A DNA stretch of 64,000 bases from Anolis carolinensis (taxonomy: Eukaryota). Each line of letters begins with the position of its first letter. Position 1 is the first letter of the stretch. The notes beneath the pieces are model-generated. The model searched no databases. It saw only the letters and a list, made by a program, of their open reading frames with translations, and had not been told where the DNA came from. Positions 12,552-24,583 of the stretch are shown here, piece after piece. Made by a program: the position numbers and the translations under genes. The DNA lies in the NCBI RefSeq assembly GCF_035594765.1, contig NC_085846.1:108239190-108303189 (forward strand). The letters are read 5' to 3'.

Positions 12552-13210
12552 TTATTTATTTATTTTGTGTCAAAAGCATTGCATAAATAAGTATAAAACT
12601 GATAAAATAGAGGGAGCTCAAGCGGCTAAATAATTTTAGACCAAAAATGGGCAGCAGTGACTGCATTGTCTGTAGCTTTTAACAATTCTTCCTCTGTGCA
12701 TGAGGCAGGGCATTGTGGCCAAGCATACAGATGTGGAGTTGTTTGTTCTGCTCCACAGTCGCACAAGGTGGAGGCTGCTTCTAGGTAGTGCAATTTGCCA
12801 GGTTGTCTTTTGATCTGCCCACTCCACTTCTGAGTCTGTTCAGGGACTTCCAAGTTGCCCACTCTTGGTTTGCCCCTGGATGAAGACCCTCAAGGGAACC
12901 ATCCTTTTGGGCTTTCCTGGTTTAGCTGCCCTGAGGTATACTCTTGCTGTTGCTGGGGGAACATTAAGAAGAGTGGCGGTTCTCATGAAGCTTTCTCTTG
13001 ATTTAAGTCTACTGGGAGGAGGCTGATAGCCATGCAGTGGATGGCTTTCACAGTGTTCAACCATATTTCTCTCGCAGTTGGCAGTGCCAGATAGTTTATA
13101 GAGTCTATCAACAGGTGTAGATGTAAGACATCCTGTGATTATTCTGCATGTTTCCTTCAGTGCTATATTCACCTGCTTCACGTGGACAAACTTGTGCCAA
13201 ACAGGTCAGG
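12552..13210 (-). mobile_element. Vingi (Ingi-related) non-LTR retrotransposon, 5'-truncated 3' fragment, frameshifted
   Basis: ORF remnants IALKETCRIITGCLTSTPVDRLYKLSG and C-terminal zinc-knuckle-like CDCGAEQTTPHLYAWPQC; (TAAA)n tail; ~12-bp TSD caaccatggaat/caaccatgaaat. Confidence 0.85.
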
Positions 13211-14054
13211 CAACCATGAAATGAATACCATACTCATGGGAATGGTATCCACAGTTTCATTTATCCACATTCAATAAAGTATGTTCTCTAGGCATTACCA
13301 CACAATAACCTTGGGCAAGTCACACTCTCTTGGCCTTGGGGAAATGCAATGGCAAACCCCATCTGAACAAAGTTTGCCAAGATCACTGCATGATAGGGTT
13401 TGAAGGCACACAACAATAATAACACCACACTATGCATGCAGTCAAACAGAGCAAAATCCAAAACAGTACATTACGATGACACCTGTTAAGCCACCCAAAG
13501 ACATCAAAAATATTGTGCAGGCAGTGCAGAAGTTTTTTTTATCAGGCATAAAAGTCATTTTAAGGGAATATAAATGATAGTGGAGGGTCACAGACTTGAA
13601 TCTTTCTTGAGTCATTAAAAATAAGTTTAAGAGGCTAGTGGAGGGAGATACGATGCAAGTAAAGGCCACTCTACTCGTTGGCCATGAGGCATTGTCTCCA
13701 TTGCTAAAAACAAAGACAATTGTCTCAATTGTCTCCATTACTAAAAACATAATATTGTATAACAAGGCAAATCCCTCGAGACCTAGCCCATATTTGTCCT
13801 GTCTGAGGCTACAAGGCCCTTTGTAAGCGAAATACGGCAAATCCCTTCCTCTGAACTGAAATATCTGTCGACAAACTTAGGTGCTGTAGAAGTTAAAATG
13901 TGCTGACAATAGTCAGTTTCCACTTGGACAATGATAGTTATCCATGATACGGTTTTTGCAGTGTTGTCACTTTATCATTATTATATGCAAAACAGATTTA
14001 AAATGTTTGCTTACTGCATACCATTGTAGGTACAGATATATAGATATATATGAC

Positions 14055-14402
14055 ATTTCTAGCCCGCCTTTCTCAACCCCGGAGGGGACTCAAGGCCGCT
14101 TTACACATAGGCAACTCTTTGATGCCTTAAAACAATATACAATTAAAATAAACATTTTAAAATAGAATTATAAAATAGATTACAACGTTTAAGAACAATT
14201 AAAACAATACTTTGATTATTAACCACGCTATCCACAATCGTAATCTGGGCCATTCCAATAGTCATTGCACATAATTCCATATCTATCTATTGCGCAAGTA
14301 CAGGTACAGGTATGCTGGGCCGGAACCATTTAGAGCTTCATAGGCTAAAGCCAGAACTTTGAATTGAGCTTGGTAGCAGACTGGCAGCCAGTGGAGCTTG
14401 CA
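14055..14402 (-). mobile_element. L2 LINE 3' remnant with internal deletion
   Basis: Minus strand encodes KLHWLPVCYQAQFKVLALAYEALNGSGPAYL (L2 ORF2 motif) joined directly to an L2 3' UTR ending gccttgagtcccctccggggttgagaaaggcggg. Confidence 0.8.
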
Positions 14403-15765
14403 ATGATAATAAAAGAGAAAAAAAGTAGGAAAATGGTTCTAACTGTATTAATGGTATATTCCTGGTTATTGCCATACAGCAGTGTTTGGATAAATATTTA
14501 TTATTAATTATTATATTCCACTTTTTATTGTGGTACTTCAAGGTGATATGCAATATAAAGAATTTAAAATTATTCTGATTTCAATTGTATTATGAAAAGT
14601 CAGAAACATATTACAGAATCAAAATAATGGGGGAGGCTTTATAATTGGTCCTGCACACATTTATTCAGAAGTAAGTCATGTTATGCTTAAAAGGTTTCAG
14701 TAAATGTGCATAGGATTGAGGTACTAATTAAGCTGGTAACCATTACTAATAGGCAATACTGTTTTGTATAGGAAAAAGAGAACTTTGATGCAACCAATGC
14801 ACCACACAGTGAAATATAATAAGCTCCTGACTGTTCTGAACTGCAATGAACTCCCAAGAGAACCAAAACTAAAAAACTCCACCAAAACACCCTATAGCCT
14901 TGAAACTTTGAAAAGTGTGAAGAAGGAAAAATACTCATAGGAGTACTTTTTTTTATGCTAGAGGGCAACTTGCCCAGACAGGAATTGTAACTAGGAAGCC
15001 AAACATGTGCATGTAGCAGCCAAAAGGAAACACTTTGCAAGATGAAAGTCTTCCACTTCACCCTCCTCTCCACCTTCCACCATTAAGTCATAGCTGTACT
15101 CTGATGTGACCAAGGGCAATCACAAACTATTCCTTATTCCTGAATTTGAAAACAACAGCACTCTGTAGCAACAACTATTTTTTCTGTGGCTCCTTGGGAT
15201 GGACTGGATGATATCTCACCTCTAATCTACAGTCACCATAAAGGAGTTGTGGGTGCATATAGCTCTTTCTTGCTCATCCACAGTTCTGTTCCGTCTCTAC
15301 CATCCTTGCAGAGAAGAATATCCAAATACTACTTTGGTTAGACAGTCCAATATTTATGTTGATGGAAACTGAACCACAGCTTTACTATTTTAATGTGGAG
15401 GAGGAGGAGGAGGAGTACTACCCATGGCTACACAATGAAATGTCCCACAAGTTTCCATGTTCTTGAGTTCTCCAGACCTTTCCATCAAGAAAGGGAGAAC
15501 AGAAAAGAAAGAACTCACCCACAGTCCATTTGCTGTCACCTCTAATATCACACAAACACACAATACACATGAAGTGATACTTTGCAGCAGGAGAAAATGT
15601 ACCTGCAAATGGCATTGCATCAATCTGTCTGATTTTACATTATCGGGTTTATCACAGCATGAAAGAAACTACAGTCAACACTGGGAAATGAGGCTTCACA
15701 AACTGAGGGAAAGTGTGCATTCTTTGGATTAGGAAAAGATGCCAGGAAAAGCAATCCCGTGGATA

Positions 15766-15900
15766 AGTTTTGGTTCCCAAACTTTTGTCTTCCAGATGTT
15801 TTCAACTTCACTTCCCAGAATCCAAAGATGGTCAGGCTGGCTGAGGCTTCTGGGAACTGAAGTCCAAAACAGCTGGGGAACCAAAGTTTGGGAGCCACTG
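15766..15900. mobile_element. hAT MER5-like palindromic MITE
   Basis: tggttcccaaactt...aagtttgggagccactg followed by ttctagag (Charlie-type target site). Confidence 0.75.
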
Positions 15901-16744
15901 TTCTAGAGCACGGAAGCACCCCATATAGGTTCTCTAAGGTTTGGGCTTCTATTATGTCCACAGGCCACACTTTCCTTGGATAGTGAGCTCTGAGTGCTGT
16001 CCTAGCTGTTGCAGCTATGCCTCTGCTTCTCTCTTTGCCCCTCTCAGATACTTGAAAGTTGTGGATACCCCTTGTTGTTAACATCTTGCCAGTCAAACCT
16101 TGCCAGCAGTTCCTTCAGAGTCTTTGTGCCAAGGGCGGCTCTATCCCCGCTCTCCTCTCTCTGCTTCCCCGCAGCAATTTCCCGACTCCTCTGTGGCTGG
16201 TGATTAGGTCAGTCCGTGCTGAATGCTTGAAGTATTCAGACCAATTAACACTCTTTCTGGATGACCAGGATCACCGATCGATTGAGCTGCTCCCCGCCTG
16301 CTGTGAGCTCCCCCGGCAGCAAAGACGTGAGCCTGGCCCCCGACTCTACGCCACGTCAAGCTAGAATTAACGAAAAGCTGGTGGAGACTGACAGCTCAAA
16401 AGCTTTTGACTTCTGGAAGCCACCCGAGAAGGCTTTGCCAGGTTCATTGCACCCTCGGAGCTCAGCAAAGAAACAACATCTGTCACTAAAGTGTGGAGTT
16501 ATTTTTAAAAGGAATATGTTCCACAAGCTTAATACAAAGGAAGCAATTTAACAAAGTAAAACTAGCATTTAAAAAATCTCAGTCCAGAGATGGTACAGTT
16601 TCATAAAGCCTATAAAGATGCTTTTCAAGACAATACAGTATATTAAAAACAATGGTTGGGATTCAATATGGGGCTTTTGTCTATGTAAGTGGACTTCCAC
16701 CTGCAGGAAATAGGAATTAGCTGTCTGCATTTAGCAAGGGCTGC

Positions 16745-16950
16745 CATGTTAGAATCTTAAAGTTGAAAGAGACCACAAAGGCCATTCAATCCAACCCTTC
16801 ACCATGCAGGAACAACTAATCAAAGCACTCCAGACAGATGGCCATCCAATCTGTTTAAAAAACTGCCAAAGGAGGAGATGCCACCACACTCTGAGATGGC
16901 ATATTCCACTGTTGAACAGTTCTCGGCAAGATGTTTATTCTAATATTCAA
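16745..16950 (-). mobile_element. CR1 3' fragment
   Basis: Colinear with the CR1 tail at 60246-60450. Confidence 0.8.
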
Positions 16951-16981
16951 CATGGCCCATAGGAAGGTTCTCAAGGTTCTC

Positions 16982-17073
16982 CAGGAAAGAATGCTTCTGG
17001 AACATGGCCATACAGCCCAGAAAACTCACAACAACCCAGTGATTCCAGTCATGAAAGCCTTCGACAACACATT
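16982..17073 (+). mobile_element. Penelope-like element terminal fragment
   Basis: Reverse complement of 62402-62490; flanked by direct repeat ttctccag (16977-16984 and 17072-17079). Confidence 0.85.
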
Positions 17074-18394
17074 CTCCAGCCCTGTTCTAAAGTGCCTTTC
17101 CCTTTCACTTGTCTGTATGTTATGTTTAGACTGGTGACTGGTGCTGGTTATAAGAACCATATAACTCCCTCCTTGAAACAGATTTTGCACCCCATTTTGT
17201 TTTTACTTGTATTGTGAGCTGCTTTGAGTCCCAGTTGGGCTCAAAAAGGCATCATTGGGGTCACAGTAGGGTACAAATCAAATCAAATAAATAAAAAATA
17301 TGGTGAAAATGTTTTAGTAACAGAAGAATTGGCAAGTTCTCCCACGCACAGCTTCATTTTTCTCCCCAGTTATAAACCTTCACTTTCATCATCCTTCTCC
17401 CTTTGTTCTGCCTGGACCACGATATCAGGATTTAGTTCCAAACTGGCACATTTTGAAGCCGGTAAACCCCCACGGATGAGTTCATTTCAGTATGAAGCTG
17501 AAGTTGCTGGCCTCTTTTACAGCCATATCTAGGGCCACCAATCTTTCCATTCACCTCTCATCTCCAGGGTAGCATACCGGAGACAAAAAGATTGTCTCCA
17601 GTATCCAAATCCCTGCAAATTTAATATTGTGAAAGCCATTTCCTTTGGCAGCTGCAAGGTGTTTGGTATTGTGTGCACTTTTAACACATCCACAGTATTT
17701 TACCCGCTCAGCTGACAATGAATCTAGCAATAAAATGGCCATCTCTAGAGCTTGTAAATCTAATTGGACATCCCCGCTCCCAGCCTCTCCTCACTTAGAC
17801 ACAACTATCAAGAAAACAACACACAACACAGAAAAATATAATTGCATTGTCCCATTACTCTGTCTTGCTTTACTGTTTTTTCCATTAATCTTTCAGGGTG
17901 CCCGGTTTGCTCTACTACTACCAGTTGATCAACAAACAGCCATTGAACGCTCCACGAAAGAATGAAAAAAGAAATAATAAATTTAGGAAGCAGTAACTTT
18001 GAAACATGGCCTTGATTAACATTCTATTGTGGCTAATCTGTTTTATCAGCCCCTAATACGGAGAATCAATGGTTACAAACAGAAAAGCAAATGAATTCCT
18101 TGCAGGAAAGAGGGGGAAATCTATAAAATGAAGACTTCATGTCCTAAAAGCTGCAAATTAAAAACAATGAGTGCCACTAAACTTTTATTCAAGGTGAAAA
18201 TTGCTGGTGTCTTAGCCTTATGCACAGCTGGAAGCTTTTTCTAAGTTGTAACCGAAAGGATGTTTGAGTGCCACAGCTAAGCACAATAATGATGCTGCAC
18301 AGCCCTGAATAGGCTGCTGGATCTCAGATAATGCCATTTCATTTTAGGAGCACTCAACAAAGGCAGGTAGTTACTGTAGATTTCTGGTGGTATC

Positions 18395-18945
18395 ATCTCC
18401 TACTATAAACCTGCCCGAGCCCTTCGTTCATCTGGGGAGGCCCTCCTGTCTCCACTGCCTTTATCACAGGCCCGCCTTGTGGGAACAAGGGAGAGGGCCT
18501 TTTCTGCTGTGGCCCCCCGTTTGTGGAACTCACTGCCCATTGAGATCAGGCTAGCCCCCACTCTTTTAGCCTTTAGGAAAGTTTTAAAAACATGGCTCTT
18601 CCGGTGTGCTTTCGGAGAGTAATTGTATATACCTCCTGTGTTTCTCTCCCCAACATGAATTCTGTAGACCCTGTTCCCCATGGTTTTATTCTTATCTCTT
18701 CTTACCCCGAGTTTTTAACCTTGTGTCCATGCGGCCCGCCCTTGTTATGTTATGCTACGTTCTGCTTTTTTGTTCTGTATTGTGTAGTGTTATTGTTGCA
18801 TTGTTTAATTGCATTCTGATATGTTGTTTTTATATTTTGTCTATTGTATTGTCTTGGGCATGGCCCCATGTGAGCCGCCCCGAGTCCCCGTTGGGGAGAT
18901 GGTGGCGGGGTATAAATAAAGTTTTATTATTATTATATTATTATA
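18395..18945 (+). mobile_element. L2 LINE 3' end (last 75 codons of ORF2, 3' UTR, tail)
   Basis: Open frame 18395-18622 ISYYKPARALRSSGEALL...RAFSAVAPRLWNSLP...KTWLFRCAFGE*; terminal stem-loop tgtgagccgccccgagtcccc..ggggaga..gcgggg and (TTA)n tail. Confidence 0.92.
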
Positions 18946-19524
18946 ATGCCTTACCTTGCAAAAATGTTAAGCAAATTTGCCAGGCTAAGCAAAATTTCTA
19001 TCATCTGCTCCTCACATGGACAACTTTGTGGAAGATCATACCAAAATGTACCCTCTTTGGGGAAAGTATGTTGGAGCTAGTTTATGTGTGTGTCTTCATA
19101 CTTAGAAGTCACAAGTCCATGAATGTTGTGATTTTGTTTTCATATTCCAGGCACTGTGGGAATTTTCTGAGTATGTTCTGCATAGCATCCTATCTAACAA
19201 CAGAAAACTCATCCATCAAGTGTGAATCCAGTGTAACCAACACTGACACACGTCAGCAGGCTTGAGGCAACCCCAGGATTTAAGAAGTATCCACACACAC
19301 AAAACCCCTTCAATTACATTTAAGTGACAAGGACCAAAAAAGTAGTGTGAAGAAGACCTGACTTTTGGGAAGGAGCTGGAAGAGGTGATGGGGCATCCTC
19401 AGAAACATTAAAGCTGCTGGTTTGAATCCTAAAATGGAATACAAAATATAAACAGCCTAGCCTGTGACCACCAGCACTGATAACCTCAAAACTGCATTAT
19501 CGCAGTGCGTTTCCCTTGATGATA

Positions 19525-19660
19525 TTTATTTATTTATTTCCAACTTTTATATCCCGCCCTTCTCACCCGAAGGGACTCAGGGCAGCTTACACAACTGGCA
19601 ACAATTCGATGCCGACACATAGTTAAAATCATAACAATATATAAAATCCATTATGACATT
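19525..19660 (-). mobile_element. L2-type 3' tail fragment
   Basis: (TTTA)n then atcccgcccttctcacccgaagggactcagggcagcttaca. Confidence 0.75.
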
Positions 19661-20504
19661 ACAAAATGGTTGGGAAACCCAGATGGCCACACCCAGCATT
19701 TTTCCTGGTCCTCTGTACCCTTGTGGGCTGCATGCTGCCATTTTTCCAAAATGGGAAGTGATGGGAAAGATGCATAACAGAACACCGACAAGACTACCTG
19801 ATGCACATAGGTGCCAATGCTAATGAGTATCAGGGCCAATGCAATAGACATCAAGATTGGTGTGTATCCAACCTATTGTGAATCAATCCAGAAGGCACAA
19901 ATGCATACTCAGCACTTTACTGGCACTGCTATGTAGTAATACAACAGTTGCCTTTTATGGATAGGGACATTGTGCAGTTTCTCACTCCTGCAGACACAAA
20001 TCCACTTAGAAAGATGCAAAGCCTCGATAGAATTTGAGGCAATAAATATTTATTAGATAAGTTAAACACAAACGACCTGCACTCTGTTCACACACCCAGA
20101 TCATAAAACCATGTATTTAAGAATATCAACTCATCCTTTCTAGCTGGTTGCCATTCTGCCTCTAACTGCTCCAAAGTCCCCTTTGAGCTTACAAGTGACA
20201 GCTTTTTTTCCATGTAGATGCATGTTCAGAACATCCCATGGGCTGTGATTGTCTGATTTTTTTTTCTTGGGCTGGCCCATCTTATCCATTCATGCCCCCA
20301 TCAGTGATGAAGATGCCATCAATATACCTGGAGAAGAACTCTGATACCCACAAAATCTTGTGCTATGATAAATTACTTGGTATCAAAGATGCTACTTGAG
20401 TCCTTCATGACAATCTCCCCTCCCTGCTGGAATAGACTAAGGACCTCATCACTCTGAGGTCAATAAGATGGGCGGCAATAAGGACCTCATCACCCTGAGA
20501 TCAA

Positions 20505-20780
20505 TAAGCCTCCCATGTTCTCTGGGAACCATCCTAGCATGTTGCCAGGACGTTTCCTCTACGGAGCCCTGCCAGAGGTAACCTTACGTCATGTGATGGC
20601 ATCCAGCAGGCTCCATCAAGGAAGCATTCTGGAAGCATCCTAGGACACTTCCCTTTGTAAACTTCTGAACAACCTAAGCAACTCCATGCATAAACAACAT
20701 GCATATATGCACATTTTGCCATGGAGTGGGGGAATGCACGTTCTTGATTTTGACATCCCAAGGAAACATGGAGAATGGTG
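20505..20780. mobile_element. Old degenerate palindromic element (probable MITE)
   Basis: Nested imperfect arms: cctagcatgttgccaggacgtttcct vs aggaagcattctggaagcatcctagg; ggagccctgc vs gcaggctcc; cccatgttctctggg vs cccaaggaaacatgg. Confidence 0.5.
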
Positions 20781-21167
20781 AGGATGACTCACTGGCACTT
20801 CTCGTTCCCTTCCCACACATACTTTCTGTACCTTTCCACTGTACAATTCCCAAGAGAGTGGCTGTTCATCTTCAATGCCCCCAGTGACTTTGGCAAAATC
20901 AAATTTTCCTTGCTTTTCTTTAACTCCTACAGTCTAACTACTTATTAATATATTACTTTTCTCCATCTTTTTTGCCTGTATGTTCATCAGACATATCTGT
21001 TCAGCAATATCTGTTGTTATTTCTATAGCAAATTTATTTGGTTTGTCATTTTTATACATTTTTGAGCAATGAATCTTGGCTGGGATTCAGCATGGGATTT
21101 ACATCTACATAAGTAGATTTATGCCTGCCAGAAACAGAACTGAGCATTTGGATGTAAGGAAGCCAGT

Positions 21168-21285
21168 GGAAGTTGACCATAGAATTACACTGGAGGACCT
21201 AGAGATCCCTAAACAGACAGTTTTTAATCAAATTCATGAATAATCAAATCTGCAAAAATTAAACCTGCAAATATGTTGGGCCAAA
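21168..21285. mobile_element. Tigger-like MITE fragment
   Basis: gaagttgaccatagaattacactggaggacctagagat matches the interior of 58463-58838. Confidence 0.6.
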
Positions 21286-22831
21286 TGCATGTATTCAATC
21301 AATGCAACATAGATTGCAATATGGAATTGAGCCCCCTCTTTCTGGATCAATAGGCTAAATATCTTCTTCTAGTCAACTGGTCTATTAAATTTGGAAAATT
21401 AAAACTACAATTATATGTGCATTTATTCATCTTTTGTCCCACTTATTCTCACAAGGCTTAATCTTAGCAAACATGTTTAAGATTGTAGCACTTGGTACCT
21501 TGAAACAGATGACATGCGGTGGCGCTTGAAAGCATTCGAGAGCTGACAACAGTGATGAGGAACTCTGACTATTTTGGCAATTTACTCGCAAACAGTGTTT
21601 GCTGGGATTCTGTTATTTTTATCATCTAACAAATATTGCCCATTGAGGGACTACCAAGCCTAAAACACACTAAGCTTCAGTGTATAGAAAGAGACAGACC
21701 AGCTTCCAGCCTTTGTTAGAGACGTATTGATCTGGAACACGATTAGGGAAGGTTTAGATTGGAATGAGACTGCAACTCCATCAGCAGTGGCCAGAAATGC
21801 TGGGAGCTATATTCCCAAAACTTCTTTAGGGCCATTAGATTCCCATCCCTGGCTTAAATCAAGACATGGAGTTGCATTTGGAAGACATTTGAACTATGAG
21901 CTAGATTTGAAAGAAAGTGTAGTAGGTAGTTATGTAGGTGGGTAGGAATTTGCATTCATGGTTTAAAATAACGATGCTTTTTATATTCATGAATTAGATT
22001 GTGGGGTCTGTCATTTATGCTATACATACAATGACCTCTTAGGTTATGTCTAAATAACTAATTTCGCTGTAAATAATACAAAATTCCTTCGAGACCCCCA
22101 ATGAGTGAAAGGCACTGCCAGCAATATACATTTAAGCCCAAGTGTTCCTTTCAAACTCTTCACCTCCCACCCACCCTTTAATATCTGCTACGGCTTGATT
22201 AAAATGAAACCTTTCATTCTCGCTAGTTATATTTTCTCTCTCCCCCTAATACGTATGACTGGCGTCTAGCAACGGTGCTCTTTAATTAGCAGCTTCTTTG
22301 TATTCTGGTTCCTGTTCACCCCACATCCCACCCCTTTTCATGCAGAAAGGCATACCTATTAATAGGGCCTTCTTGCCAAGGCTTTGTGTTGGCATTAAAT
22401 AAGTTGACTGTTGGGTGCGTCCCTCGGTTGCCAAAGGAGGTTCACAGAGCCGGGCTGCACTTATCCATACGCTTGCAAAGGTCATCCCCTGCTGCTCTCT
22501 GGACCTGACTTATTACTCATTCTGTTTGTTTCCGTTTCCTTGCCAGAGCTTTGTACCTCTCTTTGTCAGGTACAAGGAGGGAGGGTTGTGTTGGTGGCAG
22601 AGCTGCACATTTAAAGCCTTTCTAAGGAAATACTGGACTCAAATACATAAGATGTTAGAAGACATTTAAGGTCAAAATCATGACGAAACCAGAGTTCTAC
22701 ATTTTGGGGATGCTTGATGGTCACACAGAGAGAAAATAAGGAAGATTACAACTATATTTGACTATGACAGTGAGAATCATTTATGCCCAGAAATGGAAAA
22801 AAATCAGCTACTATGATGCAAGAAGACTGCC

Positions 22832-23052
22832 TTATTTATTTACAGCATTTATATTCCGCCCTTCTCACCCCGAAGGGGACTCAGGGCGGATCACATTACA
22901 CATATAGGCAAACATTCAATGCCTTTTAACATAGAACAAAGACAAGACAAACATAGGCTCCGAGCGGGCCTCGAACTCATGACCTCCTGGTCAGAGTGAT
23001 TCATTGCAGCTGGTTGCAGCTGGTTTGCTCTCCAGCCTGCGCCACAGCCCGG
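22832..23052 (-). mobile_element. Short L2-tailed tRNA SINE (internally deleted Anolis SINE2-like form)
   Basis: Head cgggctgtggcgcag...gagttcgaggcc joined to L2-type tail and (TAAA)n; near-identical copy at 49696. Confidence 0.9.
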
Positions 23053-23291
23053 GCCCTTATGAAGATGTGTGAATGAATTAGCTATGATGGATAAGCTGGC
23101 CATGTTGATCAAGGAGAAATCCTTGACCAAATTTAAGGACTTGGCTTATTTACTTTTTACACCAAAAATGGGGACAAATTTCTTCTATTTTTTTCTGGTT
23201 TAGAAGAATGCTATTGAAAGTAGAAGGGTGGTTATATAGTGATATACATTGTAAGGGAACAGAGACGTTCACAAGCACAGAGTGTAAGGCC

Positions 23292-23525
23292 TTATTTGTT
23301 TATTTATTTACAGTATTTATATTCCACCCTTCTCATGCCGAAAGGGACTCAAGGCAGATCACAGAACACATATACAGCAAACTTTCAATGCCGTTATACA
23401 CAGACAGGACAGACACAGTACAGATAGAAGTATATAGGCATTTCCCATCTTCGGCATACTGGAGGTTGTGCTCGATTCCAGCCATGAGGAGGTGCTGTCG
23501 CTCCATCCTTCATGTCGAAGAGCCC
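23292..23525 (-). mobile_element. L2-tailed SINE, 3' half
   Basis: Colinear with the 3' part of 45322-45787. Confidence 0.8.
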
Positions 23526-23644
23526 TGTTTATTGGGGTAATCTCTGAGTGGTTACACTCAATTTAACCCTCTCTGGGGGAGATTCCAACAAAATATAGCA
23601 GAGTAGCAAAAGTAAACTTTCAAATGCAGCAGTTACTTACACGC

Positions 23645-24192
23645 TGTGAGAAAAGAGAAGCCTTTGTCTATTTAGGATAGCAATAGAGTGCAGAGTCTCA
23701 GTAAAAGTTCAAACAGCATTTATTCAGGTAAAAAGAATTCCACTATAGATAGAAAGTTTTGGGAGCTGTCTAGGCTACTCTAGACTAGTTTCTAGGGAAA
23801 AATAAGAAAGGAAAAAATAACAAACATCTAAATAGTTACATCTTGCCAGGAGGAGTGGCAAGGTGTTGCTGTTAGCTTGAAGAACAAAGGGAGAAGACTG
23901 AACCAAAATGGTTCCAACCTCATGGTCCAGTTTATTGGGGCCATAAAAGACATTCTGACCAGTGAGAAGTTAGTGTCCCTGAAGATTCACATTTCTACTA
24001 ACTTCAAAGTAAGGGATGTGACGTAAACAGGATAGGAAGAGGGGACATACAGTAAAGCCTGTCTAGGCATGCTTTGGAAACAGGGAAAGGATTCCCTCAA
24101 TCTAATCCTATCATCTATCTGACTACATTTAGACTTGAGTAGTCCAAGGTGATTCCCAACACCATTCACAAACTTCCTCCTTTTTGATCTCA
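23645..24192 (-). mobile_element. Probable solo LTR
   Basis: Starts tgtgaga and ends tctca; flanks acgc/atgc; AATAAA on minus near 23719; TSD degraded. Confidence 0.5.
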
Positions 24193-24233
24193 TGCATTTT
24201 TTCTCTGGTATTTCCTTATGATGCCAATTAAAA

Positions 24234-24409
24234 TACCCCCCTGCTTAAGTAGTACCTATCTATCTACTCACAGCTGTTTTTGATCTGCTAGGTGAGCAGT
24301 GAGCTGGGCTGAAGGTTGGGCACTTACCCTGACCCAGACTTCGAACTGCCAATCTTTCGAATTGGCAAGATTTATTGCAGTTGGTAGTTAACCGGCTGTG
24401 CTAAAGCCT
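24234..24409 (-). mobile_element. tRNA SINE 5' part (SINE2/Sauria-related)
   Basis: Minus strand ggctttagcacagccggttaactaccaactgcaataaatc...cagttcgaagtc resembles the head of 45322 and 57791. Confidence 0.7.
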
Positions 24410-24583
24410 AGTATGTGTTGAGGTGTGTGTGGGTTTTAAATGGAGTTTTGTTAGTTGTTGTAGCTTAATTTTTCATATTAAGAAAAAAATGTAGTGGGGG
24501 ATATTGTCTTTTTGCTTTATGTAATTTCTTGTTTCTCTGTATACATTTCTGTTTGTTTATAGGTCTCTTTTCTTGAATAAAAA

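Larger units (their letters stand above)
12017..13422 (+). mobile_element. tRNA-head CORE-type SINE with RTE-like (ACA)n tail, split by a solo LTR and a Vingi fragment
   Basis: Pieces 12017-12046, 12503-12551 and about 13305-13422 (accttgggcaagtcacactctct...ttgaaggcacacaacaa) are colinear with the intact copies at 30259 and 46871. Confidence 0.8.

Noticed and set aside
15635-16551. Cluster of 64-153-aa ORFs as a coding exon
   Set aside because: No recognisable domain, ORFs on both strands, part overlaps a MITE; cannot be supported without expression data.
18606-19265. 219-aa ORF
   Set aside because: Runs through a T-rich L2 3' UTR and tail into flank; low-complexity hydrophobic product.
20438-20508. 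CRISPR-like palindromic direct repeats
   Set aside because: Only two units with an 11-nt spacer, no cas genes, and a eukaryotic context.
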